A DNA stretch of 64,000 bases, taken from positions 1 through 64,000 of the forward strand of contig NIVC01001133.1 of NCBI GenBank assembly GCA_002269645.1, written 5' to 3'. Of this stretch, positions 24,787-37,803 are shown in pieces (position 1 is the stretch's first letter; each line of letters starts with the position of its first letter). The notes under the pieces were generated by a model. The model was not told where the DNA came from. It did not search any database and worked only from the letters and a program-made list of their open reading frames with translations. The translations under genes and the position numbers were made by a program. Source of the stretch: Macrostomum lignano (taxonomy: Eukaryota).

Positions 24787-26144
24787 ATGGATTTATTTAG
24801 TATATTTTACAACGTCTCATTATTGATAACATGCTTGGTGCACATTTCATCATTTTCGGGTAAATTTTACTGTAGCCTACGGTAACTAAAAATATTATAA
24901 TATTTGTATCTTTAGACTCTATTTAGTTAAGCGTTTATTTAAAAGCATGTTAAATTCCGGTTTATTGACTATATGGCTAACTCAAGTAATTCTCGTTTAC
25001 TTTCGTTTACTTCGAAGTAATTATCGTGATATTGTGCCTACACTAACTTAAAGAGTATATTATTGTTCAAGTAAAGGATATATATAAAATCCTGTCAAGC
25101 TAAAAAAGAACACAAAATAATTAAATTACCACTAGATAGATATAATTGCCTTACTGTATGTATAAATAATTGCTGTACAATTATTAAATGTTAACCAGTT
25201 GATAGTTAAACAAAGTCTTCTAAATTTATCTCTTCATTCAGTGGCTGCTCAGAAGGAGAAGCTTGAAGTTGAGGAGCCTCGACTTGAAGGCGAAGACCGG
25301 CATATTGGACACGGAAGGCACCAATCTGGCGGCCATCATCGCGCTCGGGTGAGGTACTCCAGCAGCTATCGTGTGCCGCCGCAACTGCTCCAAAGGAAGG
25401 GGTGAGTGCGAAAATTCAAGGGGCTGCTATAACGTACGTGTAGGTTAAAAGGATGCGATTAGAAGCAGGGCGCATCCTTGCAATGCAGACAATGGAGACG
25501 ATGTCCGTACTGAGCATCCCAATCCTGAACTAAGCATCATCTTCCTTACGTTTTCTCCTAAAAATTTTTTGACAATCAATCTTCCAATCACCAGCGGAAT
25601 CGACTTAGCTAACAAGACGCACCTGATCGAGACCGACAGCGTGCTAATAATCTACCAGTTAAGACGCCTGATTTACAATCGGAGCACAGAAAATCTTGCC
25701 GTTTGCGCTGGCCCAGCAACTGGTCCCAGTTTGTCTTCGAATCGGACTCAATCGTTCAACTATTTTGCCTGCCCAACAGAAATTGGAGGTACCAAATTAA
25801 CCAACTCTGTTAACGACGAACGATCAGACGTGGCTTCATACTGCTGCGGCTCCGCACCGTCGCAGACTTGCTGCGACAAAGAGACATTCTATCGGACCTA
25901 CGGTCATTCAGTGCCTCCTTCGATGGTTGTCATTGGCGTCTCTGCCGCTGCTGGGATGATTGTATTAGCATTGCTCACTGCAGTTTTGTTCTGCATCAAA
26001 CGACCAATTCGAAGCGACTCAACGGTTAGCAAAGTTAATAAAAAATCGGATTCCGCTGGGACACCGCTGATTCTTACTGCGGGCCCGTTGACGGACAGCC
26101 TCGGCTCGGTCTATGCGACAAGTCAGCAGTGCCCGGCAGACTAG
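24787..26144 (+). CDS. Gene E: Shisa-like type I membrane protein (about 221 aa)
   Basis: Exons 24787-24859 (signal peptide, phase 1), 25242-25348 and 25659-26144. Motif C...YFACP...YCCG...TCC is followed by TM VVIGVSAAAGMIVLALLTAVLFC. The exon 2/3 junction is uncertain. Confidence 0.7.
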
Positions 26145-26294
26145 CCCGCTGTCTCACATGTTGACTAATATAGTGATATAACCAATTCGTTGTCTACAGA
26201 AATGTACATAAACCAAGTGCTAGCTCGTACACTGCGTTCAATTACGTCAATCGTAAAACGGAAGTGTGCACAGAGAGGGGGATTCAAGGAGACA

Positions 26295-26660
26295 CTACAA
26301 CCTAGTAGTTGGAAGCGCCAATCTAGTTGATAGAGACTTACAACCTAGTAGATAGAGACTACAACCTATAGTAGATAGAGACTACAACCTATAGTAGATA
26401 GAGACTACAACCTATAGTAGATAGAGACTACAACCTATAGTAGATAGAGACTACAAACTAATAGATAGAGGCTACAACCTAGTAGATAGAGACTGCAAAC
26501 TAATAGATGGTTTATATAGATAGTATCTACAACCTAGTAGATAGAGACTAAAACCTAATAGATAGAGACTAAAATCTAGTAGATAGAGACTAAAACCTAA
26601 TAGATAGAGACTACAACCTAGTAGATAGAGGCTACAGCCTACAGAGACTAAAATCTAGTA
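26295..26660. repeat. 21-23-bp minisatellite AGAGACTACAACCTA(TA)GTAGAT
   Basis: Direct reading. Confidence 0.9.
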
Positions 26661-26679
26661 GATCGAGGCGCCCGCATAA

Positions 26680-27075
26680 GAGATAGGGGCGTCAACCTAT
26701 TAGATATAGGCGTCAGAATGAGAGATAGAGGCGTCAACCTATTAGATATAGGCGTCAGAATGAGAGATAGAGGCGTCAACCTATTAGATATAGGCGTCAG
26801 AATGAGAGATAGAGGCGTCAACCTATTAGATATAGGCGCCAGAATGAGAGATAGAGGCGTCAACCTATTAGATATAGGCACCAGAATGAGAGATAGGGGC
26901 GTCAACCTATTAGATATAGGCGTCAGAATGAGAGATAGAGGCGTCAACCTATTAGATATAGGCGCCAGAATGAGAGATAGAGGCGTCAACCTATTAGATA
27001 TAGGCGCCAACATGGGAGATAGAGGCGCCAAAATGAGAGATAGTGGCGCCAACGTGGGAGATAGTAGCGCCAAAG
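26680..27075. repeat. Minisatellite of about 39 bp, GAGATAGAGGCGTCAACCTATTAGATATAGGCGTCAGAAT
   Basis: Direct reading; source of ORFs 26648..27115 and 26718..27188. Confidence 0.9.
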
Positions 27076-27761
27076 GCCTATTAGTTGATTTATCCATTAA
27101 AAATAACTTAGTCAATGAAATGTCTGTTCTTAGCTATATTAACTGTCGTAAAAGTGAACTCACTTGCATTTTAATTTACAGTTATTGATTGCTATTGTGA
27201 TTATAATGAGCTTGTTTAATTTTATCAACTGCGATACATTTTGTACTTTTGTACTCTATAGAAACTCGAAAAAATGCTCTTGTATTTGTAATACTGTATG
27301 TAAAAGTTTAATTAATTGTGGCTAATAAAAAGCATTCAAGTTAAAATCAAATTGCAGCAGAACTTTAGCATATTCATATAAATCTTCGATTGCGAAAGCT
27401 GGAGTTGCCATGCAAGCTTGAGTTAGTGGTAAAGCAAAACAGCTATCTGAGACAAAGCTTGAGTACATTTTATCTTGCTGCAGGAGAGCTGTTATCTACC
27501 TGTGCCGTGGTGAGAACACAAGCATTAGGGTCGATTGCAGAGTCCATATACTTGCTTTCTATGAAGAGAATGGAAAGGTTTTTATTTCATGATTTTATCT
27601 TTCCACCTAAAGTTTAACAATCGTACGTCAAACTTTGTTTATAATGCAAAACCCAGAAACCATGCACTATTTTAAGTAGCGCTGTAGAAGTTTAAGTATG
27701 GCCATTGCCCGATTCTCTATCTACGAGATGTATTAAAAAATTAGTGTCCGTGTCCTTAACT

Positions 27762-27960
27762 CTGCACTGCTTCAGTTCACCCAGCTGTAAAATGGGTGCC
27801 AGCATTAGCTGGGGTAATTGAGGGTGTGTGGCGACCCCACAGTCCATTGACTGAACAGCCGTACGCAGCCTTCAGATGCGCCGCGCAATAGCTGCGGCTG
27901 AGCTGTCGGTTGCACATCTGACCCAATTGGGGCAGGTGTAATCAATTATTATTATTATTA
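27762..27960 (+). mobile_element. SINE family 1, 5'-truncated
   Basis: Matches 61240-61445; (TTA)n tail abuts the mariner end. Confidence 0.8.
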
Positions 27961-29040
27961 TTCAAAAAGTTCTTTTCGGTGCCCTACAAAACTGAACACA
28001 AACAACTGGAACTATGAAAACACAGTTAGATTGTTTAACATGATACTGCCACTCAACATATTCACCACCAATGTCTTCACTTCTGCCAGCGATGTACCAG
28101 ACCTCTGATTCCGGAACTCACGCCACTCGCGTCCGTTTGGGCGAACAGCTTGACTGCAAGCAGCGTCGATGTGCTCGACGCTGTCGAATAGAATGCCCGA
28201 GGGTGCCTCTTCACAGATGGAAATAAGACGAAGTCACACGGCGACAAATCAGGCGACTAAGGTGGATGTTGGAGCACTTCCCAGCCCCATTTGCTCAGGA
28301 GTTCCACGACGTTGTGCTTGCGATGTGCTGGCGCATTGTCGTGCAGCAGGATCACGCCAGATTCCAGCAGACCAGGGCGCTTCTTTCGTATTGTTGGGCG
28401 CAACTTCTCCTGCAGAATCCACTTGTAGTAGTCCCCATTGACGGTGGTTCCTTGTGGGACTGCCCAGTTCAGCAGGATTCCTTGGGAATCAAGAAACATG
28501 AAGTGCATGATCTTTATCGCGCCCTGCTTCCTGATGGCCTTCTGATGAGGTCTTAGAGAATGTGCTGGAAGCCATTCGGCAGACTGGGCCTTTGTCTCAG
28601 GATCTCAGCTGTAAACCCACGTCTCGTCTCCAGCAGCAATTCTCGATGGAAAATCCTCCCCTTCACGATGGAACCGACGCAGGTGGCTGCTTAAAGCCAG
28701 AGTTCGCTGCATCTTTTGCTCACCTGTCAGCAGGTGTGGCGCCCACTTGCAAAACTTTTTCTGCAGGTGATGACAGTACTATTTTCGAACTGTCTGCTCA
28801 GCTGGTGCACAGTTGCCAAGCACTTGCTGAAACTCCCTAAACATATCCGACGGCTTTTTTCCTTGCAGAAACTGAAACGTCATCAAGCTATGAACGTCTA
28901 GTTTTGAAATTGATTCAGCCATGGCCAAAAACTTGAGTGGTAGCTGACCGAAAGGTTTGCTGCTCGAACATAGTTGCAAACTGAGGCTTAAAACCCTAGA
29001 ACGTTTAGGCCATAGACATAACTGGTGAAATCGCTAAAAT
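27961..29040 (-). mobile_element. Decayed mariner transposon
   Basis: N-terminal HTH (FQFLQGKKPSDMFREFQQVLG...TVRK*), catalytic region ILLHDNAPAH...HPP*SPDLSPCDF with an in-frame stop in the YSPDL motif, and a TIR-like TTCAAAAAGT at 27961. Confidence 0.85.
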
Positions 29041-29049
29041 TCTGTTTAC

Positions 29050-30177
<1,128 letters not shown>

Positions 30178-31215
30178 CATGAATCATGCTACTGAACTTG
30201 ACAGTAGAGAATATTCAGTAATATAACGTTATATATTTTTAATTTTGTCTTTCCAAGCTCCATGTGTGTATGTTAGGCGGGTCATGCAGCCCAGGGCAAC
30301 CGCACAAACAGCCGCTGATTGCTAATTTAATTTGCGGCCATATACGCAATTTGTGGGGGGGGCGGCTATCAAAACATGAGCCAAAGAAAATTTCTCTCCC
30401 AGTCAGATGGTTTTTCTGACCATCGCTGGGGACCTCACTAATTAATACTGCGCGGGTATAGGATGGCCGCACTTTGTCAATAACACAACGTTTGGACATT
30501 GCTGCTGGACAAGAAAGTGCATCTTCAGATGCAAGTGCACCGGATGACATTTTAAGCAACGCAGATTGATCAGTAACCAATGCTTTTGGATAGCTATAAA
30601 TATCTATAAATCTAAAACTATAAATTTTTAATCAAAAGCACATTCAAAATAAACTTATTCAGACACATACGTGAAAAGTAGTGGCGTGCAAAACATTCGT
30701 TTTAATTTTAAACAATATACACAAAATTTGTTTTACGAGAAGTCCCTCGATACAAAATTGAGTGCGGATTCATATTTAAACAATAGGGGAAATCTTGCAT
30801 GACGTTGGTGCTATGGTGACTCGAAATTGATTTCACGGCAGTTTTGAACGCAACTACGAGTATGTCAAATAGCGGAGATGAAAGGGTAAAGTTTTTTATC
30901 ACTAGTTTTACCTATCACAATTATTGTTTGCAGAGCGACGCTTGAGAATACAATGGAGTGGCCATCGAATAATACTAGAAACATACTAGGACTTTTCCAT
31001 CACAACTGCCTACTGCATAGCAAAAGCAAGTGGAACGAATCCCATTGGCTCAAGCAGATGAGCCAATGAATTACAAACTAACTAAGCTACTGCGAAAGAG
31101 TTTTATGGGCTGGACGGACTGACAGGATCTTTTTGCTAAGAGGATGCAATAAACGGACTGCAGTCGACTGCTAATCAATCTGTAAATCATGACCAAGTGA
31201 TTTTTTGACGCAATA

Positions 31216-34200
31216 ATGACGGCTAATAAAACTCTTATAAGTGGAAACGACTCGTCCAGTCTGGAGTTGGAAGGCCTGAACTGGGCCTATCTGGGTCTGT
31301 ACATCATCCCTGTGCTCACAGTATGGGGCAACGTACTGGTCTGCGTGAGCGTCTTCGTGGAAGCTCGATTAAAGAGTCGATTCAACTCGTTTCTCGTCTC
31401 CTTGGCCATCAGCGACCTGCTGTGTGCAGTGCTGGTGATGCCTGTATCAGCGTTCAAGATGATTAGTGGCGGTGAGTGACATATCTGTGATTTATTCAGC
31501 AAGAAATCGATGATTACCCAGGTTTATAACCAAACTTCTGATTCTTTCTAGTTTCGCACCTGAGTTCATCTGGACTCGACCTAATTTTGATTTTTATTTC
31601 CATAAAGACTGATAAGAATCGCATGTTTGTACTAGAGCTATAGCTAGTTAATTTATGCTCAGTCGTGCATGCACAGGGCTGAAACTTCAAGTAGCAATTC
31701 AAATATTTCATGATGGAAAACAGGGAAAAAACAGGGCAAACACTGAAAGCTACAAGATCCGGTAGCAATGCGCGATGTGATTTTCTGCCAGCTGTGCAGC
31801 CCAAGATGCATTCTGAGATGTTTCAGAAAAGAGGAATATCAATGCGTCATGTCTGAATCCTTTCCATATGTTGCATTTAACCTCAAGACTTTGTGGACAA
31901 AGCTTTGCAAGAAAAAGTCTCATCTTGAGCTCCTATATTGAGCTGGAGTTTTCAAGTTTATGACAACAATCTCGAAGGCAAGATTTTGACGCTAATGCCT
32001 CCCATTGCGCCCAAACCCTGTTTCCATTCCATTTTCAGCTAAAACTAATCCCTTAATCCTAATAATTGCGTTTCGTTTTCCTTGGCTTTACACGACTCGT
32101 GAAATCCAATCAGCTAAGATTTATTGTCAGAGCTAATTGTCACAAAGTCGTTCCCGGTCAAATCTGCCTGGGTATTGACTACGCTTAGGCTTAGGATTAA
32201 TGAGATCTTATGCTTTATTTTGAGTCTAATTTGTCCAACAACGACTGCATATTCGTAGTGACTTGATCGTGCACTTATGCAAGCCGTTAGCCCAGAACAG
32301 CGGTTAGTGTAAGCTCATGCAGGCCATGGCTTATCTTTGAAGGTTGAACTGCAAGCCCAATTGTAGCTTAATGCAGGACAATGACTTATCTTTGAAGGTT
32401 GAACTGCAAGCCCAATTGTAGCTCAATGCAGGATAATGGCTTATCTTTGAAGGTTGAACTGCAAGCCCAATTGTAGCTCAATGCAGGATAATGGCTTATC
32501 TTTGAAGGTTGAACTGCAAGCCCAATTGTAGCTCAATGCAGGACAATGACTTATCTTTGAAGGTTGAACTGCAAGCCCAATTGTAGCTCAATGCAGGACA
32601 ATGGCTTATCTTTGAAGGTTGAACTGCAAGCCCAATTGTAGCTCAATGCAGGATAATGGCTTATCTTTGAACGTTGAACTGTATGCCCAATTGTAGCTCA
32701 ATGCAGGATAATGGCTTATCTTTGAAGGTTGAACTGCAAGCCCAATTGTAGCTCAATGCAGGATAATGGCTTATCTTTGAAGGTTGAACTGCAAGCCCAA
32801 TTGTAGCTCAATGCAGGATAATGGCTTATCTTTGAAGGTTGAACTGCAAGCCCAATTGTAGCTCAATGCAGGACAATGGCTTATCTTTGAAGGTTGAACT
32901 GCAAGCCCAATTGTAGCTCAATGCAGGATAATGGCTTATCTTTGAAGGTTGAACTGCAAGCCCAATTGTAGCTCAATGCAGGACAATGACTTATCTTTGA
33001 CGGTTGAACTGCAAGCCCAATTGTAGCTTAATGTAGGACAATGAATTATCTTTGACGGTTGAACTGCAAGCCCAGCAAAACAGAAACTGTTTCTTCAAAG
33101 TTTGAACATTTAAAGATAGCCTAAGTATTGTGTATAATAGTATTATGCTTTTGAACTACTCATCATATAGGAAGCTGAACTCAGCTAAGTGAGATGATCG
33201 TGAAGGGATTCATCAGTCATTTGCAAGGCCCTTTGTGAGCTATTCATCAGATTTAAACAAACTATCTTAGATCTTGCTTTGGAAAAAATACTAATTTTAG
33301 GTTTTACTTTGAAGTGCTTCTCTCAATCCATCTCTGTCTCCTGAATCGGTTGACCCACTTTATAATGATTTTTATACTTTACCCAATATCAGAAGTTAGC
33401 CATCAAACTCAGAGTCTTCTTGAGCTAGCTTTAAGAAAGTTAGGTCGCTTAGAAATTCCAATTAGGGATCTGAAATTCTTCACTCCTCGCCACACTAATC
33501 TCACTCAGTCCCAAGCCGCATGCACAGTTAGACTAACGACATTAAATCAGAGATAAGCGGATCATCTATATTTGTCTTAGTATCTCTCTGGCTGCTTATT
33601 CTGAGGTAGCTTTTATGCCTGCAATTGACGTCATCTTTAACAGGGCATTCATTTTTTGGAGTCTGGGTTGAACTTTAAAACCATAGCTCCATCATTGCAG
33701 TCTCCAGCTAAGCGCTAAAAATAGGCACTCGCGGACGGACGGTCGCATACTCTCATACAGGTGGTGAAACTGAAACATTAACCGGGAAAAGGGAAGGAAG
33801 TATAGAAGCAAATAGTTCTCTACAGGTTCCCCCGGCATAAATTGCCGTCGAGATGCTCTGAGCCGTGGATTTGGATTAATTGAGCAGCCATGGGAACCCA
33901 AAAGTTGCTGGCTCTATAAAGTTAAACAATGCCCAGCTTTAAGGGATGGAAGGCCAGAACCCCGGAAAATCGTGGCGTTGAAGAATGGGACAGACTTAGC
34001 CTTAACGGGGGGCAGTTCGGAGAAGACTGCATTGCAGGCATGGGAAAGATGTTCCGAGCGTTTGCTTTCTGAGTTTCCTTCTCCCATTTTCCTGTTACCC
34101 TATTCTCCCTCAACCACTCCCGCTATTGCAAATATTTGGCTTGAAGCAGCAAGGGAGGCATTTGATGTCGCTGTAACTTGAGCAAACCACCGACAGAGTT

Positions 34201-37200
34201 TTAAAAAAAAGCATTTCTCCCCTCGAGCGCATGTCGCAACTTGTTAAGCAAAAATTTTCTTTAAAATTTTTTTTCAAATATTCAAATTTTTGTTCGCTAC
34301 TTAGCAAAAAATCATACTTAGAATTGATGAGTTAAACTTGAAGCCGGATTGGCGTCTAAAAACTACGGTATTAGGGAACTTTTCTCAGCGCCTCAAATTA
34401 CAAAGGCGCCCTTAGCATTGCCTCAGATGGCGCCCTTATCATTGCCTCAGATGGCGCCCTTATCATTGCCTCAGATGGCGCCCTTATCATTGCCTCAGAT
34501 GGCGCCACTATCATTGCCTCAGATGGCGCCCTTATCATTGCCTCAGATGGCGCCACTATCATTGCCTCAGATGGCGCCAATATCATTGCCTCAGATGGCG
34601 CCCTTATCATTGCCTCAGATAGCGCCACTATCATTGCCTCAAATGGCGCCCTTATCATTGCATCAGGTGGCGCCCTTATCATTGCCTCAGATGGCGCCCT
34701 TATCATTGCCTCAGGTGGCGCCACTATCATTGCCTCAGGTGGCGCCACTATCATTGCCTCAGGTGGCGCCCTTATCATTGCCTCAGGTGGCGCCCTTATC
34801 ATTGCCTCAGATGGCGCCCTTATCATTGCCTCAGGTGGCGCCACTATCATTGCCTCAGGTGGCGCCATTATAATTGCCTCAGGTGGCGCCACTATCATTG
34901 CCTCAGGTGGCGCCATTATAATTGCCTCAGGTGGCGCCCTTATCATTGCCTCAGGTGGCGCCCTTATCATTGCCTCAGGTGGCGCCATTATAATTGCCTC
35001 AGGTGGCGCCACTATCATTGCCTCAGGTGGCGCCATTATAATTGCCTCAGGTGGCGCCCTTATCATTGCCTCAGGTGGCGCCTATTTTTACTCTAGATTA
35101 ACAAACTCAACAATTCTACTGCCGCGCAGAATTTCACAATGAAATTCGATTAAATCGATCAGAAAAGAAGATGATGCAAATCTCCCTAATGCATGGATCC
35201 CAGCCAATACAGAACAATACAGGCAGAGAGGAATTACAACAGATAATGCAAGCAGCCACAAGAGCTTGCAAGGATCTAGATCTGATTACCGGCTCAGAGA
35301 CAGTCATGAGTTCCATTCTTCCTCACTGGGATTAATGAATTTACTACAGAAAGCAGAGATATTCACATGGCATGTTTGTATTTTTATTATCATTCTCGTG
35401 CATTGGGGATAAAAATTACCTCTCAGAATAGATTGCAGCTGAAGGATTCTAGCCGCTGTGCACCCTGTGGGATCGTGTGTATGAGTGCCTGCGTGCTCAG
35501 GAGTGTGCTCAGGGCTCTGCGAACAGAGATGAGTAAATAGCAGTGAAATTGGTAAATAAAGTTTTTAAAGTCCATGCTAAATTGTCCTTGGTTTATGCTC
35601 CTAGATATAGCGTCGGAGAATCTCATTAACCATCTAAGGCGGGCCTTTTCGATAAGAGAAATGATTTATTAGCAACCATAATAACCAAGCTTTCTCTCCT
35701 CTAGACGTTCACGACTTCGCTTTCGTTCTCTCTTTTGCATCGGTCACTGGGCGTGAGGTGCCGCTTGAACTCACTGAGGTGTGAGCCTCCTCATTGTTAA
35801 CCCCGGCTGACTTGAGATTTTCACCTGTCTCTGGCTTCCTCTTCTGTCGTTTCTCGTGTAAGCTGCAGTCAAAAGTATAACAAAGGTTTCAGTGGCCTGA
35901 AGATTTTCCTCTAGACTTTGTTCATTTCACTAGAATGTTTTCATAGGCCAGCTTCTTGTCGTGTTGATGTTGTTTAAGTATTTGACTGTTTAAACCCAGT
36001 TTGATGAGTTTGACAGCTGAGACTGATCAAGCGGACTGTTTGCGGCGCTTTTGTATGGAAGAGGTGTTTCGTTTTCGAGTGAAACCTGGAACTCGGTTTC
36101 TTGAAGTTCAGCTTCGATTATGTCTAACCAGAATTTTGTTTCAGCTGCGGATTCAGTCATCCCTGACTCTCCCTCTCTGACACTCCCTCTCTGACTCTCC
36201 ATCTCTGACTCTCCTTCTCTGACTCTCCCTCTCTGACTCTCCATCTCTGACTCTCCCTCCCTGACACTCCCTCTCTGACTCTCCATTTCTGACACTTCCT
36301 CTCTGACTCTCCCTGTCTGACTCTCCCTCTCTGACTCTCCATCTCTGACTCTCCATATCTGACTCTCCCTCTCTGACACTCCCTCTCTGACTCTCCATCT
36401 CTGACTCTCCTTCTCTGACTCTCCCTCTCTGACTCTCCATCTCTGACTCTCCCTCTCTGACTGTCTCTGACTCTTCCTCTCTGATTCTCCATCTCTGACT
36501 CTCCATCTCTGACTCTCCCTCTCTGATTCTCCCTCTCCCATCTCGAGTCTTTCAAACTCCCTCTCCGAGTCTCCCCTTATTTCTCAGTACACCTACATCC
36601 ACTCTATTTATTCCTTAACCAGCCATAAAACTCTGTCTGTCGATTTTAACGTACACAGCAAACTTTCGATTGGAACAAGTCAACCGCATAGAAGCGCACA
36701 ATAATTAATTGCCGACAGGGGAGAACAACAAAGGCTACAGATGGCATCAATGGCATTGATTTTGCTTATGAGATCATTTAGATGGTAACAACACGGAGAC
36801 TGATGTGGCCTCATAATGAACAATACCTGCAATTTCTCGGTCCATCAACGCTGGGGACAATTAGTACTGTGCTGTCATGAATACTGTGACACAATTAGAC
36901 GTGCAAGGAACGAAGCCCATCAAAAACGGTTTATCAATTCATATTTGCTCCTTCAAGCACTGAGAGGAGGCTTCCATCTGTTCAGTGTAAACTTTTTTGT
37001 CTGTCTTCTAAAGTGCGCTGTCTACGGGCCTCTTGCTGGCGCCCCTGGTGCTGGCGCCCCTTGGTTCTGGCGCCCCTGGTGCTGGCGCCCCTTGGTTCTG
37101 GCGCCCCTGGTGCTAAAGCCCCCTCACTCAAAAAAGTGTTGGTATCCGAGTTCATGACATTCACTGTTAGAAAAAGCGCAAACAAACGGGACACAAAAAT

Positions 37201-37641
37201 TATCTCCTAATTCACCAAAGCAACATACTCAAAAGAAACAATTTTTAAACCAACCGCTAAAAGCGGTTCCTGCCTTCGCAACTGCTTCGGCTCGCTAGGC
37301 AGGAATTGAATTTAAAAGCCAATTAAAGAGAAGAAAGAGAGACCGAGAAAGGCGGTAAGTGTTGCTTTGATTACTGATGCAGAACACTTTTTGCCTGGAG
37401 GAGGCGGCAGGTCAATTTCCTGGCAACTGACTTGATGCTTTTGGCGCAGACTCTCTGGCAGACTTTATTCAGGCACTGCAGTGCCGGCAATCAGGCTTGA
37501 AAGCTTTGGGTGAAATCTGCTAAGCATTGACAATGGAGTCTCATTGTGATAAACTAAATTAATTTAGTGAAACGTAAATGACTCAGTCAGTCAATCAACT
37601 AAGATACTCCATCTATCTATCTATTATCTATCAATCAATCA

Positions 37642-37726
<85 letters not shown>

Positions 37727-37732
37727 CGCTCG

Positions 37733-37803
<71 letters not shown>

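Noticed and set aside
26305-26330. AGTAGT start suggestive of a Polinton/Maverick TIR
   Set aside because: It is a variant unit of the local minisatellite; no partner TIR or Polinton genes.
32326-33075. CRISPR-like regular array (also 38350-39282, 44165-44760, 59095-59700)
   Set aside because: Head-to-tail tandem units with no unique spacers, eukaryotic context and no cas genes.
33692-34181. Possible transposase remnant in the GPCR intron
   Set aside because: Short ORFs with no recognisable catalytic motif.
34349-35066. 174- and 222-aa repeat ORFs; likewise 26648-27188, 35990-36555, 38457-39176, 44066-44745, 47256-48265, 58957-59751
   Set aside because: Open only because the repeat units lack stops; no unique domains.
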